Positions 1 to 12,750 of a stretch of 64,000 bases of DNA are shown here, piece by piece. The translations under genes and the position numbers were made by a program. The stretch comes from Felis catus. Its lineage: Eukaryota. The stretch is from NCBI RefSeq assembly GCF_018350175.1, contig NC_058368.1, positions 41,728,001 through 41,792,000 on the forward strand. Reading direction: 5' to 3'. Under the pieces are notes generated by a model. That model saw only the letters and a program-made list of their open reading frames with translations, did no database searches and was not told the DNA's origin. How positions within the stretch are numbered: position 1 is the first letter of the stretch; the number at the start of each line of letters is the position of its first letter.

Positions 1-139
1 TTTTTCTTGTGGTAAAATAAAGATTCAATGATTTTTTTTTAATTTGCTTGTTTGCAGGGGATGAGAGGTTGATATCTAATTCATTTTACAAAGAGCTAGA
101 AATGACAACTATATTTTCCTTATGTAAAGATTCATTTTT

Positions 140-351
140 TAAATTTTTTAATGTTTATTTAATTTTGAGAGAGACAGAGACAGAATCCAAGTGGGTTGGG
201 GCAGAGAGAGAAGGAGGCACAGAATCTGAAGCAGACTCCAGGCTCTGAGCTGTCAGCACAGAGTCTGACATGGGGCTCGAACTCATGAGCTGTGAGATCA
301 CGACCTGAGCCAAAGTCAGATGCTCAACCGACTGAGCCCCGCAGGTGCCCC
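140..351 (-). mobile_element. Can-SINE (feliform SINEC_Fc2-like)
   Basis: Antisense poly(T), (GA)n tract and tRNA-derived head ending ...caggtgcccc; TSD aagattcattttt at 127-139 and 352-364. Confidence 0.95.
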
Positions 352-378
352 AAGATTCATTTTTAAAGTTGGTATCCA

Positions 379-596
379 GGGGCGCCTGGGTGGCGCAGTC
401 GGTTAAGCGTCCGACTTCAGCCAGGTCACGATCTCGCGGTCCGTGAGTTCGAGCCCCGCGTCAGGCTCTGGGATGATGGCTCAGAGCCTGGAGCCTGTTT
501 CCGATTGTGTCTCCCTCTCTCTCTGCCCCTCCCCCGTTCATGCTCTGTCTCTCTCTGTCCCAAAAATAAATAAACGTTGAAAAAAAAAATTTTTTT
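379..596 (+). mobile_element. Young Can-SINE (SINEC_Fc-like)
   Basis: ggggcgcctgggtggcgcagtcggttaagcg head, B box gagttcgagccc, (CT)n, aataaataaacgttga(A)n; CpGs intact; TSD tttttaaagttggtatccag 360-379 / 592-611. Confidence 0.97.
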
Positions 597-1316
597 AAAG
601 TTGGTATCCAGGTGAATGAGTAGGGATGAAGGTCAAGGCAACAATGAGAACTTATTTGTACTTATATTAATTATTCTTGGTTAATGATCATCACTACTAT
701 TTTAGGAGCTAAAGCTGTTTGAAAGTGTGTTATTTGGCTGGCTGCCTATTCCAATGCCCTCTGAACCCCTACGAGGGTCAGGTCAATACAAGAAATTCAA
801 AGCTGCTTTCATTTGTTTAATTAAAATAGTCATTATAAATGAACAGATTGTGTTTGTAAACTTATAGAGCTTTAAAAAAAACTTACTCTTTCTAATTGCT
901 ACATGACAAGATAAGCAGTCTCTATGAGCGTTTTCGGAACTCCTGCAAGACTTGAAATTACTATTTAATGTTCTCTCCTGGGCTGCTCAAAGTCTCTGCA
1001 CGCTATCTCACTGTAGTTCACTTTTGTTTCTTGTGATTCTTTGTTTCTTCCCTGTCTGAACACCTCAGCATCTTCAGTACACAGCTACAGTGTCAGTAGA
1101 CTAGAGATGTCTAGGCCTGTAGTGTTACTGCCTCACCAACAATTACTAAATCTAAATTATCAGTGAGACTGATCAAATGACCCAGATTACATTAACAGGC
1201 TCTTATATTTTGGGAAGCACCAATTTTGGGATTATTTTTGTTATTTGGAATTGCTGCTAAATTGAAGTCACATTATTTTTGCTGTTTTTCTGAAGGACAC
1301 ACTGGAGTTTTTAGAC

Positions 1317-1520
1317 TTTATTTTACTTATTTATTTATATTTTGAAACAGAGAGAGCAGGTGCCCAGGAGGGGTAGAGGGAGAGGGACACAGAATCTTAA
1401 GCAGACTCCACGCTCAGTGCTGAGCCTGATGTGGGGCTCTATCTCATGATCCTGAGATCATGACCTGAGCCAAAATCAAGAGTTGGACGCTTTACTGACT
1501 GAAGTCACCCAGGTGCTCCC
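1317..1520 (-). mobile_element. Older Can-SINE
   Basis: gagatcatgacctgagccaaaatcaagag...cacccaggtgctccc; degenerate TSD. Confidence 0.92.
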
Positions 1521-3098
1521 ATGCTGGATTTTTTTTTAATTCCTTTCCATAAGAAGACTTTCCTGGATCCAAGTATTTGAGAACCTAACAAAATGTACCA
1601 AATGAATGGATAGAAGCCAAGCCATTCCATTCTCTCTAGTTATCTCAGTGACAGATGTATATTAACCTATGATCATTTTGGCTGAGCCGATCAGTATTGA
1701 TTGTGAAAATGGCCACAACTCAGTTTGTGACATACAGATACTGCCTAAGTGTTTAAAGGCATGAATCAAAAATCTGACACAGTTAAGTTCAACTTGAGTG
1801 GCAGCACTTAGTGCGACGTAGGGACTGGAAAATAGGCTGGATTTGAGGTAAGCTGGCAATCTATCCCTGTTTATGATTTAACACCGTGCACTGACACATC
1901 TTTTTTTCGAGCCATCTGCTTCCTTCATATCATTAGAGAACAAGGCATAGGCCACATTTCCTCTGTTTATTTAACAGCATGCTTGTTAGTGACTGCATGC
2001 ATACCATCCTTATTAATTCAAGAACTCGTGTTTTCAGATAGGAAAGTGTGCTATATGGATGTTGGAAATGATACATTCCAGGAACCAATAAGGTTAAGTT
2101 TTCTGAAGTAGATCCAATGATTTCATAATTAGTATTTGGTGTACATTTCAGTTTCATTTGCATATGCACATATGTTCATTCTTAAGCTTTGCTAACAAAA
2201 CTAGATGTATGAAAAATCTCTACATATTTCATGTCCAAATGGATTACAAACACTATGGCCTGGTAAAGCTCTCTGGCTATTTTTCTTTCTTCTTCTCCTC
2301 TTTTAAAAATCATCCAGTCATACTTAACAGGAAAATTCCTCCACTGTGAATTATGATATTTCATGAGTTTCCATTTTTTAAAGCAAAGTATAGTTTTAAC
2401 AGAACCATTAAGTGAGATCAGGAGTAAAGGAATTACAGCATTCCCAAGTGTTAACATATTCAGTGTTTTCCTTTCTTACAAGAATAGCAGTGCAGATGTT
2501 AATTATAATATACAGGAATGACCTGTCAAGACACCTAAAATCCTTGGTCTTTGATCCTCTGGTCCTGTGCCGGGTTTGATGACTGGCTTATGAAGGAAAA
2601 TAAGGAAATGGATCTCTAACAGTCATTTTAAATGAGCTCTTCATCTCCCACCCTTTCCAGAACATCTGGCTTAACCTCAAAAATTGGAACAATTGTAAAA
2701 TTTTCATTGAGAGAGTCTGCTGTTGCACTTTAACCAGCTACTTACCCTTCCACTACTGCACTCAATTATTAAGGAACAATTCCAGCACAGTGAGCTGTTT
2801 GGAGGCAATAGCTGTTAAGTGTGTGTGCCCACGCACACAAGGAGAGATCCCAAATAACAAAAATAATAATATCACAGTACTTATATAATAAAATAAAATA
2901 AATCATAGTGTCACTGAAGAAACAAAGAAGTGTTTGGTTTCATTTTAGGGAATTAAAGAGTTTGCTCCTTTGGCTTTTCTCTTGTCATTTGAATCATTGC
3001 TTCTAAAGCACAGATTTTATGGGCAGTGTGGAGATTCTTTTCTGATAAACTGATTTGCATTTTAAATATTTTCATTGGTTTTGTTTTGTTTTGTTTAG

Positions 3099-3150
3099 GA
3101 ACTTGCGTATTTGGAACTGCAGTGCCATCATATTCTAAGTAGGTGTTGAA
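3099..3150 (+). other. Candidate exon (unassigned)
   Basis: Long (GTTTT)n pyrimidine tract + tag acceptor; donors AA|gtaggt (3138) and GAA|gtgagt (3150); no recognised protein match. Confidence 0.25.
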
Positions 3151-3306
3151 GTGAGTGCTTAAGGCAAAATTCAGGGGTAGTCAGAAGGACCCTGGCAGCC
3201 CCCTCAGCCTGTCAAGTTGGTTGAGTTATAAGGAGCATGAGGGACCCGGGGGAACAAGCGTTTGTTACTGTTCAGGGAGGAATTACTAGTAGAATCACCT
3301 GGACTA

Positions 3307-3526
3307 TTTTTTTTTTTTATTTTTTAATGTTTATTTATTTTTGAGAGACAGAGACAGAGCTCGAGAGGGGAAGGGCCAGAGAGAGCGGGAGACACAGAAT
3401 CCGGAGCAGGCTCCAGGCTCTGAGCTGTCACCACAGAGCCCACTGCGGGGCTCAAACTCACAAACTGCGAGATCATGACCTGAGCTGAAGTCGGACACTT
3501 AACCGGCTGAGCCACCCAGGCACCCC
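3307..3526 (-). mobile_element. Can-SINE (SINEC_Fc2-like)
   Basis: Poly(T), gagacagagacagagc, ...gagccacccaggcacccc. Confidence 0.95.
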
Positions 3527-3706
3527 TCATTTAACTACATCTGTCTCCTCGCTATTTCTCCATCTTGGCTCAGCAAGTGTAGCTGAAGTTGTATTGCTAA
3601 AATGCACATGCCTACACAGGATGCAACTTCGTTCTCTGAAACAGTGGTGACTTTTTGGTTGCAATTCTTTCCCAGTTCCTCCCTCCTTTCTTTTGGTTTT
3701 TCCAAG

Positions 3707-3775
3707 GTCTGTGAAGGAGGAAGAGCAGAGTGCTCTCCAGAAGAACAGCAAACTATGAAAGACCACATGAAATAT
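3707..3775 (+). other. Candidate exon (unassigned)
   Basis: ttcctccctcctttcttttggtttttccaag acceptor, purine-rich body (GAAGGAGGAAGAG, GAAGAA), TAT|gtgagg donor, 69 nt. Confidence 0.25.
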
Positions 3776-3934
3776 GTGAGGCTAGGCGTTCCTGAGAGAA
3801 TACCTCCGGGGCCATATGACATGCACCATCTCCCTCCACTCTCCTGCCATGTTCTTCCCTTCACAAGATGGAAAAAGGTAGATACGTTGGTGGATAGTGT
3901 AGATAAGAGGAGATGTTTTCGAATTGTTGGAGAG

Positions 3935-4060
3935 AGATAGTACAGAGCATCTCCCTTGGCCCCATCATTTTCATTAGGTGAGATGGGTTGAGAGAGGGAA
4001 AGTGACCTGCCAAAAGTCACACAGCTCTTTAGAACCAGGCCATGATTTAGAGCTTCTAAT
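3935..4060 (-). mobile_element. MIR fragment
   Basis: agagagggaaagtgacctgccaaaagtcacacagct resembles the antisense MIR core. Confidence 0.7.
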
Positions 4061-4062
4061 TC

Positions 4063-4102
4063 AAAACAAACAAACAAACAAACAAACAAACAAACAAACA
4101 AA
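4063..4102. repeat. (AAAC)n microsatellite
   Basis: Direct reading, about 9-10 units. Confidence 0.95.
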
Positions 4103-6866
4103 AATAGTGCCGCATGCTGCTGCTTCTCTGTCATTGACAGAGGACATCAAATTTTAGATTAATAATGGTATTTAAAACAAGCATTATAAAATAAAATAAA
4201 CTCCATATGTCAATTAGAATAGTCTAAAGTGCAGATGCAACCATAAGCCATTCTGTGGAATGAAAACACTTTAGAAAGTAGAATAATAGCCAGTGCAAGG
4301 ATGGCACAGAAAAATTGGCTGCAAGGTAAAGTATTATAAAAAGTGGAATTTCGTAAGCAAATAGAACAAAGTAACTTCCTAAACACAGAAATACACTGCC
4401 TATAAACTGGGATTATTTGTAACACTTAGATTAATACAATTCACCAAGTAAGCATTTAGAAGTGACAGGTTCACTACTGTTTCTGGGTTGGTCCTCAAAA
4501 CCTGGAAAACTTCCTTGTGCTGAAAATAAGTAAATGTGTACACATACACAAACTTAGAGCATCTATTATCTTTCACTCCCAGTCTGGGAAACTAGACATC
4601 AACCTCTTCACTTGGACTAAATTACCAATACTTTGACTTAGTATAGCTCATAAAAAAATAATTTGCTGATGCAGTAGAAACAATACCTTTCGTGAGAAAT
4701 CTACATTACTCAAATTCTGGAAGAGAAAACAGGTAGGAAATCTGCAGTGCATACTTCACGGGTATTTTTATAACATGTCCCCTCCCTACTCTTAGTTCTG
4801 TATAAGAAACAGTAGCCGCTCTATTCCAGGGTTGGATTTTGTGGCTTTTGCTAAAAGAGAATCATTATTCAAAAAGCTAATCTATAAAGACTAGAAGGGG
4901 AAGCACTGATCTTCAGGTTTGTGACACAGTACTTCTCTTCCAAGGGTTAAGGTTTAAATGCACCCACGATGTCTCTGGGACTTGTGATGATTTGTTTTTA
5001 CCAAGGAAATGGGGGGACAAGAGTTTCCAGAAGACCAGAAAATTGTTAAGGACAGAGATAACATTTGTGTCAAGTTAAACTATGTCAGTTTATTGTACAA
5101 TTAGAGCTGACAAGTTTAAATTTCTGATATTCTTTTAAACTGAATAGGCCAGCATTCAGACAAATACAAGAATGTCTCTCTTTTTCTTGTTCCAGAATTT
5201 ACTTAGAAAAGTGGTACTTAAGAATAATCACTGTGCACCTGCATTTACATAATGTATATATTTTCTGTAGGGTCACTGTTCCTGTTACAGATATTTAATC
5301 CAAGAATACATCTGTGAGAAGTCACTCTTATTTTATTCACAATCATTAAAGCTAATGCTTTTGGTTACGACTAATGAATACAAGTATTTTCGGAAGATAC
5401 TGAGAAAAAAAAAGTCACGGAATTAGATTAACTATGTGATCTTGTGTCCATGGAGTTGGACTGAATCAGAATGAGACAGCTTTGAAGCAGAGGTTCATTA
5501 CAATCATAATGAAGCAAAATTGGCATATCATTCCCACCTCTTATTCAGAAATCTGACAGGCACTGTGGCTCACATTTTCCTTGTAAGACGTCTCAGCGAC
5601 ACTATTCCTCTCATTATTCTATCAGACCTCTGGCCAGTGGCTGGTTGACTCACATCCTGAAAACCCTAATAGCCTTGTCCTTACCAGTCTCCTGCTTCTC
5701 ACACCGTTGGCTAGTTGATTCTAAATACCATGACAACAAAATTATATTCCTCTTGTATGACCTTGATTACATCTTCATATGGTTTTAACCAGGGCATAGA
5801 TGGATTAAGAACTGAAACACATAATTGCCGATCCTTTCCAACTTACATGTTTGTAACCCCTTAGGTCCTCTCTTGGCTGTATATTCTCTCTTTCGTATTT
5901 CCCAATTATAAGTCCTTCGGCCTTAACAGCCATGTCTTTTACATTATTTTATAAACACCCATAGATATCAGAGCAATTCTATGGCTACATTATGTATGTA
6001 GCTTTAACTCATGGTGATTCTATTCCTAAGGGTGAAATTAATGACAATGACATCACACAATTTTATTCAACTTTAAACTTTCTAGATAAAAATAAATGTA
6101 TTGGCTTTAAGTAAAAATAAACTACTAAAATTATAAAAACCAATGCCTCCCCTCCCCCACCCAACGTAAGCACAGTGCCTTAGGTTAAAACCTATCATTT
6201 CTCGCTTAGATAAACACAGTACCTTAGACTGGGCTCCCTGTTTCCACAAAGATTATTTCTTTCTTTTAGTTTTTCTCTCCAAGGAAGTTGCAATCATCAT
6301 TCTTAACGTAATTATCTTTCAAATGATTAAGACACTCTTCTGTATACAAAGCTTTAGGAATGGCCTTGAGAATCCCCTAACCACCTCTGAAATAGTCACA
6401 TCAAGTCAGAGTTCTAAAAATGGAGTATGTACTCATTTGCCTAAAAACCTTCCCAACAGACCAATACGTGTTAAGCTTCTGATATCAGGGATGCCTTTGT
6501 TGTTTTGGAAAACCTTAATCCCTCAACTATTATGGTCCCAGGTGACCATAAAGCCACAGTATTTTAGTTTATATTTGGTGGAAAGGAAAGTAACAGACCG
6601 CTAGTCCCTTGAAGTTTGCTTGTCTTTACTTTGGTTTGGGAAGCTCACCTTTAGGAGAATATGAGACCCTTTGGTACAGAGCAGAGCTTTGAGAAATGAA
6701 AGAAATTATTTTGTCCTGAAGTATATTCTTCACAAGTCTTTCCTTTTTCCTAAATGTACCGTTAGCCACTTTAAAAATACTAACCCAGCAGTAACCAATA
6801 AATAAATAAACAAACAAACAAACAAACAAACAAACCATGTAAATATGTAAAACATATTCTCATGAG

Positions 6867-7070
6867 AGGCAGCATAGTGTGGGCAAAAGAGCTGTGGACT
6901 CCCTCTTGAGCTCCAAGTTTCAAATACCTATATCATCATCGGTAGTGGATGTTGGGGCATTATCTAACATCTCTGTACCTTAAATTCATCTCTAAAATTA
7001 TAGACTATACTATCTGATTCATTAGGAGGTTACTGTGAGCATCAAAATCAATTGGGTAAATATGTTAGGT
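6867..7070 (+). mobile_element. MIR
   Basis: aggcagcatagtg...tatctaacatctctgtaccttaaattcatctctaaaa resembles the MIR head and core. Confidence 0.75.
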
Positions 7071-7573
7071 GACATTGGTGCACAATCACAATAAAAACAA
7101 AATGAAAGATACATGGGCAACGAATCCAAGTGTTTGTACTCTATGTTCCTCAGCTATGGAACCTAGAATTGACTTAATTTTGTTTCTTCCTGCTGGTGTC
7201 TTTTAATCTTTCTGAAACTATTTGTATTTTTCCACAATCCTTGGAGCTGATTTGGCATCATGTAACATCTAGTTAATAAACCTTTAGTTACTCATTAAAG
7301 ATCAATGTTGAAAACATAAATAAAATATCACTGACCCTTCAAAGATCCCATTAGGTAGCAAGAATGAACGTAGGTTACTTTACAATTACTTGTTGCATGA
7401 AATTCATCAGCCAGTGTTTAATTTTCTTAGGTTTACTTTTATCAAAGCCAGAAATATTTGTTCTCTTTAACATATTTTTGAGGCGTCGAATGAAATGCTT
7501 TACCAAATTACTCTCATTTGTTACTTTTATCCTCTGGTTTTGTAATTACAGAAACCAAACTAAGGATATTTTT

Positions 7574-7790
7574 AAAAAAAATCTTTTTAGTGTTTTATTT
7601 ATTTTTGAGACAGGGAGAGACAGAGCATGAACAGGGGAGGGTCAGAGAGAGGGAGACACAGAATCTGAAACAGGCTCCAGGCTCTGAGCGGTCAGCGCAG
7701 AGCCCGACGCAGGGCTCGAACCCACGGACCGCGAGATCATGACCTGAGCCGAAGTCGGCTGCTCAACCGACTGAGCCACCCAGGCGCCCC
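7574..7790 (-). mobile_element. Can-SINE (SINEC_Fc/Fc2-like)
   Basis: Full antisense copy, many CpGs retained; perfect TSD taaggatattttt 7561-7573 / 7791-7803. Confidence 0.97.
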
Positions 7791-8544
7791 TAAGGATATT
7801 TTTCAGATGGAAATATTATTGGCCCAGGTCTGTCTGCGATTCAGTGGGCACACGCAACTTGAGCTCGCGAGTGCCCTGGCAGCATCCAAAGAAAAACATT
7901 ACGAGAGTAAGAAGTACCTTCGAAGTGTGCTATTGTCTTTTATAGGAACGAGAGAACAGTTAAGGTAGGACATGAATCTATTATTTTCAATGACTGTTTT
8001 ATTTTTCATACAAATACAGCAAATTTACAATGTGGTACTACAATCCAACCTCCTTGTGTGTCACGAGCCCTCCTGGGCTGCTCACCATTCCTACTGAGCC
8101 TCAAATAACCTGAGTGAGAGTTGACGTCTATATGTCTTAAGGGCAGTGGAGTGGTTTATATTCTTTCCAATTGATCCATGTTAACTGAGAATGGGTTTTC
8201 TGCCTGGATTGAGGACAGTCACCAAGTGTGACTAGCATGACTGACAGCAGCAACACAAGTAAGCACTTTAGTGTTTCAGTATGATTTCTACAGTCGAGAT
8301 GTGATTTTTTTTCCTCTTAGACAAAGATATTGAATTGAACTTCAAAGAAATATCAAAGCATATTTTCTTGGAGACTTGCCCTAAAAGTTGAATGTTCTTT
8401 TTAAACCAGAACATAACTTAAGGAATTCTTAAACCTCACTTTAAAAGATCAGTTAATGTTTTAATCTGTGAGCTTTCAGTTAATCATTCAAAGATGTCAT
8501 TCGCTAGCAATACTTCCCCTTACTATTTTCTTTTTTTCATTTTC

Positions 8545-8777
8545 TTTTTTTTAATTTTTTTTTAATTTTTTTTTCAACGTTTATTTATTTTTGGGACAGA
8601 GAGAGACAGAGCATGAACGGGGGAGGGGCAGAGAGAGAGGGAGACACAGAATCGGAAACAGGCTCCAGGCTCTGAGCCATCAGCCCAGAGCCCGACTCGG
8701 GGCTCGAACTCACGGACCGCGATATCGTGACCTGGCTGAAGTCGGACGCTTAACCGACTGCGCCACCCAGGCGCCCC
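8545..8777 (-). mobile_element. Young Can-SINE (SINEC_Fc-like)
   Basis: tcaacgtttatttatttttgggacaga...ctgcgccacccaggcgcccc; TSD tctttttttcattttc 8529-8544 / 8779-8794. Confidence 0.97.
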
Positions 8778-10712
8778 GTCTTTTTTTCATTTTCACGAAA
8801 GTAAGCTTACAAATAATTCCCCTTCAGAGATCATTTTTTCTTCATGTTAACTATAGGGATTTAGGACACTGAAAAGTGATAATGGAAGAAGATGGAGAAT
8901 AGTAAGTCACGTTGGAAAGCACGTATCATTTAATCAAGACAGGTTTTCTATAAACTAACTCTCTGTAATTTCAGGACTTTTATATCTGTAACTTGGAGTT
9001 AAAGCCCTCAGGCATAGTTGCCCATGTGACTGTGTGACTGGTAGATTCTGAATGCTTAACAATTATTCTGATATGTACTGCAGTGTAGAAAAGCTGTATT
9101 AAACAGTTTGGAAAAAAAAAAAAAGTTACCATCTACTGATTCTGGTAGCTGCTCAGTCACTGAATTGAAGATTCAATTCAAGTATATAATTTTAACATAT
9201 TATCCCGCTTACCCTCACCACCCCCACCTCCCAGCACTGCTGCCCAAAGGAATCTCTGTTCGGTGTTTTTCCAGCTTGAGAACAAGTCACATTCTAAGGG
9301 GAGTGTCTCAGCTGATGAAGGACGCCATGATTCATGGTGCTCTCTACCGTCTTTCCCTGTGGCTAATACATGGAATGGGCTTTTCATACAATGTCCAGGC
9401 ATCCCTTGGAAGCCCTGGTCAACCAAAGGAAGCCTTGCTGTCGCTCAGCTCTTCAGAGCAGTGGGCGCGGGTGTGTGCCATGCAGATGGACACAGGGAGG
9501 CTAAGTGGAGAGGAGAACAACAAAGGTCTTCTGAAATGACAAAGACAACCCCGTAAAGGTGAATTTTCTCTTCTGAGCCACCGTCTATTGAAGAAGAAAA
9601 ATAGGTATTGCTTATTTTATGAAAGTACTGAAATTCTAGAAGAAAAAAATGCGTACCTTCACATCTACAATGAAAAACATCTGGTGGCGGTTCTGAATAT
9701 AAAACGTTTTATTAAACACTTAAAATGCATCTTTTCAGTGCTAATTAAATGAATTTAACCCAATTAGAGGATTAAAAACACTTTGTAAGTGCTTGATAGC
9801 AGGGCTGCTTGAGAAACATTACACTCCGTCACTTCTTCCCCTTACACGCCACTTGCACATGGCATGAATCATATGGAAGTCTGTTCAATGCTTATTTTGA
9901 TGGTTTCTTCCTGTTTTTCTTTGCTCTTTAAAATCCTCTTGTCCAACGGCTTGGCACCGGTTGCTTATTCAGGATGCTTGCTAATTCACCACATAATTAC
10001 TCACAGGGACCCATTTTCAGAATTGAAAAATAGAAGTGGGGAGATCTTCTGTTTCCTGCTGATACAGTGACATATTTAGAAGCAGTTGTCTATACAAGTG
10101 TCTGCCTCAGCATGTCCTGCGGCAAAATTCAGCACCAGAAGCACTTGTCCATGCTGCATATTCACCGTGTTTCACACACTCACCCTTTCTGCCAACACCT
10201 ACTGTGCTTCAACTATAGTCCACTGGACAGATTTGTGGCCAGTGCTCAGTTTGTTTTTCCAACCCTATTCCCTTGTAAGGTAAGAGGAGGGAAATGTGAT
10301 AAATAAAACTATTCCTTAAAAGAAAAGATCAGAGACAAAAATAACTTCCAGAAAAAGAGTGTTTTGGATTCTTCTGGTATAGTATAGATAGAGTATGGAT
10401 CTTAAAGACTTTTAAGACTTATTTTTCATCAGGGAGCAGGGATAAAACTCCTGCATATAAGCACACAATTCTGTATAAAATGAATGCCTTCGGTATGTTA
10501 TATGCTTAAGTACAAATGGCCTATATTCATCACATCCAGCCTTAGCATTAGATAGTTCCTGAACTGACTACTACATTGTAAGCAAAGAAGTTATTGTTTA
10601 GGGGAAAAAAGGCTCACATCTGAAGGCTAGGCAGGTTTTTGGAAATAAATGTGTGTTGTGGGATATTTTATTGATGTCTGAGATAATGTCTCCCAAATGC
10701 ACTTCTCCATTA

Positions 10713-10744
<32 letters not shown>

Positions 10745-10765
10745 GCAAAAACAACAACAACAAAA
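10713..10765. repeat. (AAC)n microsatellite, interrupted
   Basis: Direct reading. Confidence 0.95.
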
Positions 10766-11269
10766 ATGTATAATTAGAAGGATACTGATTAGAAATTAGT
10801 GGACTCAGGCCCAATGATAGACACAAACTTTAACTCTGCTCAGAAGAGGAAGTTTGTGTGTCTGCACATGCCTGCATATGTGTATGTGTTCCTTGGAACA
10901 TATACTCAGTTATTTAAAATAAGCATTTATACTGTGTGAAAAATATAGGGTCAACAAGTCCTCATGATTGCCAGACAACTTGGGAGATCTTTTGAATTAA
11001 AGTACAGTCATATCCGATGGTCACTGGGAAGAGTTGAATCTTGGCAATTCCATTCATGAAAGAGATGATGTTTGACCGATGCATACTGAAATAGTATTAT
11101 GGGAGCACTCTGGCCCCAGACTACATGAGAGCCAGAAGAAAAGTGGTGGTTGCAATAAATCTCTTTCTTCTGTTTAATGTTAGGTGGAATTTATCAGTAG
11201 GCATCTCCATGTCAATTAAGGAACAATCATGTAAGTGATCCAAAATTCTTGGAGAATTTGATGAAGCAA

Positions 11270-11505
11270 GTTTTATTTATGTTTTATTTAAAAACATTTT
11301 TTTAAGGTTTAATTTTGAATGAGAGAGAGAGAGACAGAGCATGAGCAGGGGAGGGGCAGAGAGATAGGGAGACACAGAATCCAAAGCAGGCTCCAGGCTC
11401 TGAGCTGTCAGAGCACAGTCCAACAGGGGGCCTGAAACGCATGAACCGTGAGATCATGACCTGAGCCAAAGTTGGACACAACTGACTGAGCCTCCCAGGT
11501 GCCCC
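11270..11505 (-). mobile_element. Can-SINE
   Basis: Antisense copy; degenerate TSD atgaagcaagtttt / atgaagtaaatttt. Confidence 0.93.
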
Positions 11506-12427
11506 AATGAAGTAAATTTTGAAAGTAGCATAAGATGGTATGAAATGTTTTATGACGTAGTGACAAACTTATTTAAACTGGTGATCAAAGCAAATGAGTT
11601 GGCAGAAGGATAACTATTCAGCAAACCTTCAGTGATCCCCTAGTTGTTTCAGATACTGCTGGGGACAGGGGACACAGCTAGAACAAGAAAGTTTATCCCC
11701 ACGATGACAGCAGTATAGTAAATGAGTAAACAAGGCAGACTTGCTCTAAATGAGAACTCGGGAGCAGCAAGATCCTTGGCAAGCAAGCAAAGTATTTCTC
11801 ACCTGAGAAACAATGTATTTATTTAATTCCTGTGCTTTACGTGGAGGGTAAGCTTGAGAATGGTTAAATGAAAATGGAGAGGAGATGCAGAGGCTGGATT
11901 CTGTATTGCCTCTTTGGCTCTGCGGTGAAATAACCAAACACTTAAAAATAATTACAGATGGTGATAAATGCTGCAAAGCAAGGGAAGGGTGTGTAGTGAG
12001 AGAGAATAATAGAGAATCAAAGTTGCCAGCAGGTGTTTTCTAAAAAGCAAAGAGAAGGCTGCTCTCAGTGGTCCCACTAAGGAGAGGATTCAAAGAACTC
12101 TCCACGCCTCCCTGGCTCACCGAGGAGAGAAGTGCCTTCCAAATTGCTGAGGCATTCAGGAGTGCTAAGTAACTCTCCATTATGAAGTGATACTGCTGTG
12201 CCCATTCAGGGGAGATGGAGGGAATTCGAAGCAAAGAGTGAGAAGCTGTATTAGAGATAGAGTACAACATGTTAGAAAGAGGTTCATTACTCAACTCTTG
12301 ACCAGCCATGGCTTGCCCATGACCTTCTCTGTTTTGTCAAAAGAATGTTGCCACGCCCTTTTCTTAACACAATCTATAGCTTTCTATCATTATTCTTAAA
12401 TCAATAGAAACCACAAGTTGTGTATTG

Positions 12428-12750
12428 ATTCATTCACTCAACAAATACTAATTGGGCAGCCCCCAGTGCAAGGTGCTAGGGAAATAAAGAACTTCAAGGA
12501 ACTCATAGTCTCATGGGTGAGACACACAAGTCAGCAGGTCCAAGGTGGCAAATGCCATGACATATACGTGCTATAGAGTACTGAGGTCTGGACTTTCAGG
12601 GGAGGAGTGGTCAGGGCATGCTTCCAGGGAGAGGTGGCTCCTGCAATGAGTTCCCTGGAAAGGGCATTTTGGGGAATAGGAGCTGGAGTCAAAGGGGACA
12701 GAGCAGCACGCCCTGGAAAATCACATGTTCTTCAGCATAATGCGAAGGAA
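12428..12750 (-). mobile_element. L2 3' end fragment
   Basis: attcattcactcaacaaatactaattgggc...caaggaactcatagtct is a typical antisense L2 tail. Confidence 0.7.

Noticed and set aside
379..460. tRNA-like A and B boxes
   Set aside because: tRNA-derived SINE head, not a tRNA gene; the same applies to all other SINE copies
3535..4134. Longest ORF (199 aa, minus strand)
   Set aside because: Runs through an (AAAC)n microsatellite and a MIR; no recognisable domain
12496..12511. aaggaactcatagtct resembling miR-28/miR-708
   Set aside because: Ordinary L2 tail sequence from which those miRNAs derive; no adjacent inverted arm to form a hairpin
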